From Bugula neritina (Eukaryota > Animalia > Bryozoa): a stretch of 36,876 bases of DNA. The notes under the pieces are model-generated. The model saw only the letters and a program-made list of their open reading frames with translations, was not told the DNA's origin and did no database searches. Of this stretch, positions 1-11,744 are shown piece by piece. The stretch is from the NCBI GenBank assembly GCA_964035545.1, contig CAXIUT010000286.1, forward strand, positions 1 to 36,876, given 5' to 3'. Every line of letters starts with the position of its first letter. Within the stretch, counting starts at the first letter, position 1. The position numbers and the translations under genes were made by a program.

Positions 1-87
1 CCCAACCCCAACCCCAACCCCAACCCCAACCCCAACCCCAACCCCAACCCCAACCCCAACCCCAACCCCAACCCCAACCCCAACCCC
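1..87 (-). repeat. Left telomere (CCCCAA)n
   Basis: About 14 perfect C4A2 repeats starting CCCAA at base 1; Tetrahymena-type ciliate telomere repeat. Confidence 0.98.
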
Positions 88-230
88 TTTATTTTATTAT
101 TTTTTGGGTATAATCAATTCAACTAGATAAAATACGATCATAAAAGCAACAAATTTGAGATTAATAGCAAAAAAACTATCAAAATTGATATTTAGGTTAA
201 CAATCTAAAGCATATATAACCTTATGATCA

Positions 231-1730
<1,500 letters not shown>

Positions 1731-1757
1731 AGATATTAAATGATATAAATGATATGA

Positions 1758-3794
1758 TCAATTGATAGGTTTGGTATGTGTGAGGTAGAATTCAAATCGC
1801 ACTATGAGCATTCTTATGAAACTGTCATCTTATAGTAAACTTATATGGGCTCTTCTTTGAGTTATTTTGTCCATTAGAGATTCTTTTAGGTCCATCTTCA
1901 CGCTGCATCTTACTATTTTACCCACTTGCTTGTTAAAATTTTAGTTTAGTTCGAGTATTTGTTCGTTTTATCCTTGGTAGTTGCATAGAGAGGAGTATAT
2001 AGGAACGTATTCGTCTTGATGGTTGCCGACTAATATGATATACTTGAAGTGCTGTCGGAGATTACATCTAGACAATTCTAATAAATAAGATTTATCTTAG
2101 CTATTTAACTATTTTATAGATTATGCTTTAGATACCTTTTACATGCAGAACATGCCCATTCTAACCAAGCAACTTTCGATTTCATGGGTGCCGAGATGAG
2201 GAGATCCAAGAGTAAGTAGCAAATTCAATTTATAGTGATAGGGTTCGATATGTTTGAGCATTGCTCTAGCGATGACGCCACCCAGTGAGAAGGCAATAAT
2301 GTTTACATGTTGGATCATTGTGTGTGACATGAGGTAGGAACTGAGTTATAGACCTGCTGTTTATCCTAAACTGCTGATACTTTAGTTGGTTCCTTTTGTT
2401 ATACTTTTAATCGAATAAAAATTATTGAATCCTAGGTACATATTGAGGTAGCTTTTTATTTTAGAGAGATCGAATTCGTTGCCTTCGAATCCATGGATTA
2501 AGATATTGACTGTTTTGTATAGATCTACAGGTTATCCTTCTAGTAACTCCTCGGAGACGATCATGAGAGGTTGTTGGCTTTCCAGTTGACAGTGATTGCC
2601 CATATTTCCTAGCAAATGATTGATTTTTTATTTATAATCCCAAAATTCTTATTATTCGATTTGATTATCAATGATAAAATTTTGACTATACTTGCCGATA
2701 CCGATATACTCCTCTACTCGTCTTTTCTAATGCAAAGAAATATCTTTGCCAATCCTTTCAGAATAGCTCGATATTATTTGAATGCATCTGACGAACAGGG
2801 CTCTGGTATTGATTTATATCATGCTTGATTATTAGCGGATGCATGCTGGGAGATGCTAAATTGTGCAGTCGTAGTGCTAGCATAGTTGCATTATAGATGA
2901 TTTTGATTGTTTTTTTAGTGGGATTGATGATTATATGCTATCGTTTATTTATGAGATGATTTTTATGTGGGACAAGTTGTGGATTTATGATTTTATCCAT
3001 TTTTGTTAGAAATTTTTGTTGTTTATTTTTTTTGATCTTTATTTATATAATTTTATTTTTTATTTCAATATTCTACTCATTCTTGCATAGCATCTCAATT
3101 TATCTTCGATTAGTATATGATACAAATTTCTAATAAAAACATCTCGACTTTATTTCTCTTGATTCCACAAACAACACTAAACTTTCTTCTCAACAAAATC
3201 ATATCCATCATATACATACTATTTCTCTACATTTTTGCCAATTCTATGCGCCATGATGGCAACATCGACAAATGAGATATACTAACATTTGCTGAAGATA
3301 AGTTTACGATAGTTGTATTATTTCAATTATATATTTTAGTTCAATTAGAATGTGAGATGTTCTTTTGCTACTTTTTATTCTTGGGTGTTTGTTGGTTCTT
3401 GTGGTTAGAAGGGGTGGGGGATGCCGTTGATTTTGTGGAGTTAGAAGTTGATGATGATATTTGGGTGGGTTGTTGTTGTTTGGATTATGAGGCCGGTGGT
3501 GAAGTAGATTTATTGGTCATTGAAGTTTATTTGGAATCTATCTGTATCATAGATATTGTACCTCTCTGAGATTAGCTTGTTGTTTTGGAGTTGGCTGCCT
3601 ATGCCGTAGGTGTTGCCGTTGTTTCGATCGATTGAGCGAGGTTTGTTCATGAGTTATGGTTTTATGATGCCCATTTTTATGTTTTTGGTTTGGTTGGGGG
3701 ATATTTTTATGATGTAATTTGAACTGTGGTGGAAACTTATTGATTGGAAATGAAGCGGGAGGATGTAGAGTTGATAGATTGAGGTTGTTTACAT
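1758..3794 (-). CDS. FAM135-like protein with C-terminal DUF676-type putative serine esterase domain, 678 aa, intronless
   Basis: Continuous 2037-nt frame with no TGA; motifs ILIHGFEGNEFDL, IAFSLGGVIARA, LTLGSPHLG, VGNHQDEYVP. Confidence 0.8.
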
Positions 3795-4009
3795 TACTTT
3801 ATATTTTTTATAATATTAGAAAGTGTTTTTTTTTGAATTTTTATATCGAATTGTATCATAGTCAAATAAATGTTAAGTCTATTTTTTATTTCATAGTGAA
3901 AAGATGTTCATTCTAACTATCTTAGATACTTATAATGAGTTCAACAAATTGAATATTATATAAATAACTTTTATAGTTGATTATTTATATTAAGTCTAGC
4001 TGATAATTA

Positions 4010-5600
4010 TCAATTTTCTTTGATAGAATCAAACATAAAGTGATCATTAGTCATCTTGGTATAGGATATCCCATTTATCGAATCGATTTTTACCTAATTT
4101 ATCAACCTAGATATGTGAAACAATCGAGTTGTCTTGATTTTAGCCATCTGCTACATCTGAAAGAAGGGTGTCTTCGAATGGCAGCTATGAATGCTAAAGA
4201 GCAACTTGTCTTTATTGTTTTTGTTATATTTTTTTTGAAGTACCTTTTGTTATTTTTATCATTTTTTATGATTTTGATTCTTATTTTTGTGGTTTTCTAG
4301 AAGTAGGTGTATTTTTGAAGAGTTACTATGATCTTTTGATACCTTTTATATTTTTATTATTAAGTTATTAATTATCTTAATTTTTCTTTTATGTTTAATA
4401 CTAATTTTTGATATCTTTCGTACTATTCTTTTTTTTGAAATTGAGGTCAGGTTGATCTCTAAGTGGCAGACATTCTGAACTTCTAATTTTTTTATAATTA
4501 ATCCGATTGATATCTCTAAGTTGAATAATTCCATCTTTAGAAGTCTACATCAAGATTCTAAATTCCTAAACTAAACATTCCTTTTTGAACAAAAAATTAT
4601 GATTAATCGGAAACCTAGATTTCCTCTTATATTGATCTTTATTCCCATCTTCTCCAAAAAGTTATTTATCAATCCATTAATTAAAATTAAGCAACTACTA
4701 TCTAATCTAATATATTTTATCTCTCAAAATTTGATTTTCTTTGACAACTCTTTAATTTTATTTCTAATTTCTCTACAATAAAAAGACATATTTTTAAAAT
4801 TCCTATTTCTAATATTTTTTATTTTGATTCTAAAAAACATCAAATGAATTTTTAGCCAATATTTGTGATTTCTAGCCAATTGATTTTTTCATTTGTTATT
4901 TTATGCGATTGACTTCTTGTTATTTCTTTTTTATGTCATGTAATATTTGTTCATTTTTTGTTTTTAGCATTGTTATCATTTTTTTATCTTAATCTTTTTA
5001 TTTTTTTATGTTTATGTCGTTTTTTTTTTGTTTTGTTTTTCAACTAAACCAACTAATTTTATATTCTACCTAATTTTCTATTAGATTATTATAAATTTCT
5101 ATGTCCTTGCTACATAAAACTTCTATATTTTTATTTTTAGTAATTTATACTATTGATCTCTTCTTTTATTTTGTTTCTATACTGGAGATCTTTCTGTCTG
5201 AAAGCTATCAACTCGACTATTGATCTTAAAGTTAGCTAGTTGTCGTGGCAGTATGGCATTTCGCCTAGTGATAGACCCCAATTTGATAAAATTGAACGTG
5301 AATGGGAACGTTGCTAGGTGTACCAATTCGTTGATGGTTGGTTTGATGTTGTTGTGTAGTTCGAATCGAATAAAGTGTCGTTGTTGTAGTCTGAGAATGG
5401 TTGGGAGTTTGTTGTTCTGTCCATTTTTTTTGAATTTTTTGAAAGGTTATTATATATTATTATTCTATTTTTTGAATTTTATGGTTATTTAAGTTATTTG
5501 AGTTCTTTTGATAGTGTTTATTTTATTGATGTTGATGAGAGATAAAATAAAAGTTAATTTGGTAGTTATATTTGTATTTGTTTGATGTTATTGATTGGAT
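4010..5600 (-). CDS. Hypothetical K/E/N-rich, probably coiled-coil protein; start and internal frame uncertain
   Basis: Long TGA-poor minus-strand frames ending ...FDSIKEN-TGA at 4010; at least one frame break in a poly-A run near 5025; no recognisable motif. Confidence 0.4.
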
Positions 5601-5622
5601 ATTGAATATAATATATCATTGT

Positions 5623-7794
5623 ATGTTGCTTCGTTCATCTTGGTTGCGTAGCCATTTTAACCCATTTGGAGCATTTTCTACTAAGAAAATATAGATCTTT
5701 ATCAACAACAAACCTTACCAGGTGGATAACAACTTGTCTATTTTCCAAGCAGCTAAATAAAACAACATCTAAATCCCACGTTTTTGCTATCACTAGCGTC
5801 TAAAAGTAGCTGGCAATTGCAGAATGTGTCTAGTATAGGTTTAAAAATCACCAAAACCAGTCGCATCTTGCTGCTCCTCAGTAGCTCCAGCCATGAAAAT
5901 CCATACAACTAGCGAATACGCCCGTCATGCTCGAGGAGCAGTCATGTAATTTCTGCTAGCGAATCATCCTTTGGATTGTCCGATATGCGATCAGGGAGGA
6001 TAGTGTGATCTTCAGAACAATTCCCATTTCTATGGGTATAGTGTGGGTAGGTATAATTAGTTTAAAAGGGCAGTGCAGGATAAAAATGTTGGACCGCTTG
6101 TTGTTACACATATGAATCGATGTATTCATTGTACTAGGTGTATTCGGTTTAGTTAGGAAGTGGCTGGATTTCATGATCTAGGTACTTCAGGAAGAGGAAG
6201 AGCCACGGAAATTACTACTTATATTGAGAAGTTGCTTTTTTCGGAGATGAGTGGTAATTTGGCTGATGTCTGTCCTGTTGGAGCGTTGAATAATGGTCCT
6301 TTTGCATATACTTCACGTCCATATTAATTGTTATCTAAAAATTCAATAGATCTCATGGATTCTCTTGGCAGTAATGTTACTATTGACTATAAGGACAATA
6401 CTATTATGCGTGTGACTCCTCGAGTTCATGAAGCGATCAACTAATAATGGTTATCTGATAAATCTAGACAGGCTTTTGATGGTTTGAAGAGACAGAGGTT
6501 GAGAGTGCCATTGTTGAGGAAGGGTGCAGATTTTGCTGAATAGAGTTGGGAAGATGTGATGTCGATGATCGCATCTAGAATTGATAAAGTTGATGGGAAG
6601 GATATTGCATGTGGTATTGGTTAATTTTAGAGTGTATAAAATATCCAAGCAATGAAAGATTTCTTGAATGCTCTTAATAGTTTTAACTATTAATTTAGAC
6701 AGAGCGATCCCTTGCAAATAAACAATAATTTCAGATCTGATTTCTTGTTTAATTCTCAAATAGAAAGTATCTAAGATGCTGATGTTATTTTGCTAGTTGG
6801 TGTCAATCCTAGAACTGAGGCTCCAGTACTAAATTCTCGCATCCTCAAAGCAATCAATAAGAAGAAGACTAAGGTGATGAATATTGGTACAGCTGCTGAT
6901 CTGACCTACAGTTACACTCATTTGGGCAATTCAGCTTCTACTTTATCTGAATTGGCTCGAGGAAATCACCCAGCAGCTGAAGAGTTGAAGGCAGCCAAAT
7001 TGCCTCTGATGATAATCGGTCAAGACGCCTTAACAAGAAGTGACAGTGAGGCTATTCTTGCTTCTGCACATGAAGTGGCTAATACTTATAAATTTATTAA
7101 CTCATAATCTGGATGGAATGGATTCAATGTCCTACATCGAAATCAGGGAACAATCAATGCACTTGAACTTGGTCTTGATTTCAAACCGATAGCTACAGCA
7201 CCGAAGGTGATATTCCTTTTGGGTTGTGACAATAATATATAGCCATCTGATATTCCCAAAGATTCCTTTGTGGTTTATATTGTAATTTTATCTGTTATTT
7301 AGGGTTCTCATGGAGATCAAGGTGCACAATATGCTGATGTTATCTTACCAGCTTCAGCTTATACTGAAAGAAGTGGAACTTATGGTATTTACTTATATTA
7401 TTTAGTTAATACTTAGGGAAGGATACAGATGGGTCTTAAAGTGGTTGAATCTCCTGGCCATTCTCGAGATCAATGGGAAATTATACGTGCCCTATCTGAA
7501 TAATGTGGAGTTTCACTTCCTTATAACAGTGTTTAATAGTTAAGAGCGAGAATTTATAGTGTCGCTCCTTATCTATTGAAATATGAGCATATTTAATCTA
7601 GTGTATATGGTAAAGTGGCAAGTAAGAGTTGGAAATCTGGGTTGGAAATTGAGCCTACTCCTTTTGTGGACAGAATTGACAACTATTATATGACTGATTC
7701 CATTTCACGTAATAGTATAACTATGGCAAAGTGCTCTTCAGCTTTTAATTCTAAGAAAAATAGCAATTTCCAGAAGATTAGACAGGAATTCTGA
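5623..7794 (+). CDS. NDUFS1: Complex I 75 kDa Fe-S subunit (Nad11/NuoG), 709 aa; two 21-nt introns (7282-7302, 7385-7405)
   Basis: [92 protein letters not shown]; N-terminal targeting-like peptide. Confidence 0.97.
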
Positions 7795-7907
7795 TCAATT
7801 ATAAATACAAATATCAAATAGTATAAGGCTACTATAATAATTAAACGGATTAATTAACTAAAAGTATGTTTAAAAGACATTGACTTTTGAATTATCATTA
7901 GATATTG

Positions 7908-8435
7908 TCAAAGTTATTTTTTTGATTTTAGGGGAGATTGTTATATGATTCTTTGGAGAGGATCTTTTCTTTTAATGTCTATTTTTTTGATTTTTTGTCT
8001 TATAGCTTCATAAAATAGATAGTACGTGATCTTAGGATTGGGATCTGATGAGATTGACTTAGATTTTATTATTTTTTTCCAAAATTTTGAATTCGGTCTT
8101 TTAATCTCTCGAATTATTTCCTTTGGAGAAGGGAACAAAACGAAAATGAGGCATATTGTGTTCTTTCTTGATAGAGTGACTTATTCTTTCGTCATTTTTG
8201 AGATTTGATACTAAATTAGATAATTTTTACAGTTGGATAGATGTTTTATCTAAGAGATAGGTGATGTGTCCCAATTGAGATGTCCTGGAAGAATGATTGG
8301 CAGTCCTCTTTCTTCTCTATTTCCATCTTATTCAAGACTCATGCTGGAGACTGATGATGAGGAAGTGTCTGATGTGTCTGTGGATTAGTCGAGCATAGCA
8401 ATTTGTAGTAATTAGCTTGTAAAGTAATTATTCAT
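7908..8435 (-). CDS. Hypothetical protein (~175 aa)
   Basis: ATG-to-TGA open frame in code 30; no homology recognised; stop context TGAC is atypical for this window. Confidence 0.3.
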
Positions 8436-8678
8436 TTCTGTTATAATCAATGACAAAGCTAATCATTAAATGTCACAGTTTATAAAAGCATATATAGTCA
8501 ATGATTTATCATCTATATTTTTCAACGAATATCGAATTATTGAACTGATATATCAAAAATATCATTTTTGAATAATTTGTATTAATGTCATCATATTGTC
8601 GAATTCAAAGAAATTATTTTATTGATTATTAACCAATCAATAAAATATCTTATATAATATTTAAATAAGTAGAGTACA

Positions 8679-8741
8679 GGGGTTGGGGTTGGGGTTGGGG
8701 TTGGGGTTGGGGTTGGGGTTGGGGTTGGGGTTGGGGTTGGG
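8679..8741 (+). repeat. Internal telomeric tract (GGGGTT)~10.5 in right-end orientation
   Basis: 63 nt of perfect repeat ending GGGGTTGGG, followed directly by AT-rich unique sequence with no opposing CCCCAA tract. Confidence 0.97.
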
Positions 8742-9885
8742 ATTTTACTATTATTAAAATATGATTGATAAAGTATGATTATTTAAGAGTAAGATGAGTA
8801 TAATAGTCATTTTGAAGCCATCTTTTTGATATATGATAATAATCTTTATTTTATTTGTTTGATAGTTATCTTTTTAGAGATAAGTTTTTATTTTTCATTT
8901 ATTTTATCTGGCTCTATGTTAATTAATTTATACGATCTTTATGTCTTTGGTTATTTATAACTTTTTATTGAATATTTGCAATTTTTATATCTTAGATTCT
9001 TTTTTATTTTATTTAGTATTACCATAAAATTATTTCTAACTGATTAATTCATTTTCGGGTAAGCTCTCATTCTCTTCTAGAAGTATAACTGATAACTTCA
9101 AACTTGAATAGTGGCTATTTGATTGCCTATCAGTCCTGCTTTCATTACCAAATTTGATTTCTTCTGGATGGTTGGAGTGAGAATTAGAGATGAGGCACAT
9201 ATTGGGAGGATTTCTGATAGAATTATAGTAACGTTGTCGGTTCAATTTGAAGACATATTTGGGACATTTGAGGAAGTTATGATCGATTTAAACTACAATA
9301 CAGATCGATATACATTGTTAGATAAAGAAAGACAGTGACTATTATGATTATTTGATTGGAAGTTAAGAGAAATTGAATGATGAAGGGTTGAAGGATGTGA
9401 GATTTTGGATATAATTTTGAAAGGAAGTAGTAGAAGTAATTTTGCTTAAGCAGTTTGACATTTAGTTTGGTGGTTTTTTTGTTTTATATAAAAAATATAA
9501 AAACGTCAACAATAGAAATGACGAAGGTAGTTCTGATAAGAACTGGGAAAATACGAATTCTATTTATTTGTTTATGGAATAAAATAATTGAGAATTTATT
9601 CGAATAATTCGATTTTAGAAGCATGATTTTTTCTTTTTCTTTTTCGTTTGTTTTTGATCTATAATTAATCTGGTATGGAGAGTCTATTGAAAAAGAATTG
9701 TTTGCAATGGAATATTTGATCGATATTTCTTCGTATTTCTTCAAAAAAGATCATCTTCTTATTTGATTTTTTGTTTTTTAGTCTATGTTTTTGCAGCAAT
9801 TGTATAGACATAAAAAATAATTGAATTTTAATTTGTTTTGTAAGACAAATTGAGCTATTAGATTTAAAATCATACCAGAACTGAA

Positions 9886-10265
9886 TCAGAACAGTTTGAT
9901 TTTCTTTTTGCCATTCTCATCTTCCTCGAGTTCTTTTTTGTTTGAATTGCTCTCTTCTTTTGCAGGTTGGGAGATGGAAACGGTGGTTTAGAGCCTTGCG
10001 TTTTTGGCAGGAATGTTTTCTTAATTTTTGTCTTGACAAAATTAACATTTTTGTTCTGGAAAACACCTAGAACCTAGGTCTCTTATTTTTTTTAGTTACT
10101 CCTCTACATTTTAAAAAGTATACCAAGATGTTAGTATTCTGCCTTCTTTTACTTTATTATTATAGCAAAAGGAGTCTATGGTGGAAGTATTGGAACGTTT
10201 TCCTGGGATTTCTTCCCAATGTTTAATCCTTTTTCAGAGTTGTCTGACTAGTTGTCACTATTCAT
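9886..10265 (-). CDS. Hypothetical charged protein, 119 aa; one 20-nt intron (10104-10123)
   Basis: Removing GTATACTTTTTAAAATGTAG gives an intact frame MNSDNESDNSEK...EYEHLEEELKKIR...CEFC...GKKKIKLF-TGAT. Confidence 0.6.
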
Positions 10266-10587
10266 TTATAAATTAATAATTCTCAAAGTAGTTTATAAAC
10301 TCCAGCTTTTTTTTATGCTTAATATCTAAAATAAAGAGATACTGATTACTTATAAATCAATATTAATGAACAAGATCGATAAGATTAAAATAATAAATTA
10401 GTTTTAAATGACAAATAAGCATTATTTTCATCTTATCATAGTTAAAATAAATAAACATAGATTCTCAAAATGACAGAAGAGTTAATATAATCAAAACTAA
10501 CAAAAACAAGATAAATCAATACATATTGATACCTATATAACTTGCCTGAATAACCATTTGATATTAGTTATTTTACATAATACAAAA

Positions 10588-11558
10588 ATGTTAAACAACT
10601 ATCTATAACAATAATAATACAAATCAAGTCACAAAATCTACACACATCCTTCGTCATCCCACCACATCTTCATCGGAGACATCCAATCCGCTCTCGATCT
10701 AACTTTTATATCCTAAAATAAAATATCAACCAGTACATCAATAACAATTTAGTTGTTACTGCTGCTTCGGGAATGGACCATGTTGCTTTCGATCCGCCAG
10801 TAAAACATATAGTGTATCCTTTGCTTGATATGAAATCATAAAATATATCGAAACATTTTGATTAGTTTTACAATGTGGTTGAAAAACAAATTGTTGGGGG
10901 AAGTATGTTGGTCCATTGCGCGGCGGGGATATCGAGGGTATTTTTGGATTAAGGTAGTCGTCGACTTTGGTTATTGCCTATCTGATGAAAAAGAATAATT
11001 GAGTTTTCAAGGAAAGTATTAGCTTTGTTCGGAGGAGTCGGTCGAATGTGTGTCCGAATTTAGGATTTGAAAGACAACTTAAAGAATATTAGATTGCTTT
11101 GAAACAGAATCAGGAGGAGAGGACTTTGGAACGGAGAGGAGGATCGAAAACTTCAGAATAAAAAAAACATAGCTCGAAACAAAAAATACTACCAGATATT
11201 AACTACATGGGTCGTACGCAGCTTAAACCAAAAGTGTTGGATCTTTTCTCGATTCAGCCATCGAAGCAATCAAGTCAGACATCTCGTCGATCGAATAGTG
11301 AAAAAGTCAGTCCTCCTCCAGAGATTTAACTCTATGGTACTCGTCGCATTTCATTTAAGTCATCAAAATCTAAGAGTATCGTAGAGAAAGCACCTCGAGT
11401 CGTAGCTCATCCAGCACATGAGGGTCGCATGAAGGCTAGCATGCCAGTAACTAAGATCGAGGAGGTGATGGTTCGTAGGTTACGGTTGTAGGGACAAGAA
11501 GGTATCGACTGAGAGACAGTTGCGTCACAAGCCGTTGCATAAGTTGGCATACTATTGA
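10588..11558 (+). CDS. Dual-specificity protein phosphatase with basic low-complexity tail; two 20-nt introns (10733-10752, 10938-10957); in-frame TGA at 11000; 3' end uncertain (11512, 11558 or 11581)
   Basis: HIFIGD, LVHCAAGISRSSTLVIAYLM, then KKNN[TGA]VFKESISFVRRSRSNVCPNLGFERQLKEYE in the same frame. Confidence 0.9.
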
Positions 11559-11744
11559 TTTAATAATTTTGTTGGTTTTGATAATAATGATAAAATTATG
11601 ATTATTTTATCGATATAAATTGAAGGTGGTTTTATCTTGTAAATTGGTTATAATATATATGTTGAGGAGACATTATTTAGAAAGGATAGGATGATGATAA
11701 CCTATTTGATATTAATGGATAATAAATGAGATACTTGTATGAGA

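Noticed and set aside
8617-8645. 11-bp inverted repeat about 35 bp before the internal telomere, as a breakage or telomere-addition signal
   Set aside because: AT-rich and not found at the other two ends; I saw no shared subtelomeric motif.
8745-9850. Possible minus-strand gene running toward the internal telomere junction
   Set aside because: Several partial open frames, but no consistent model or motif could be built by eye.
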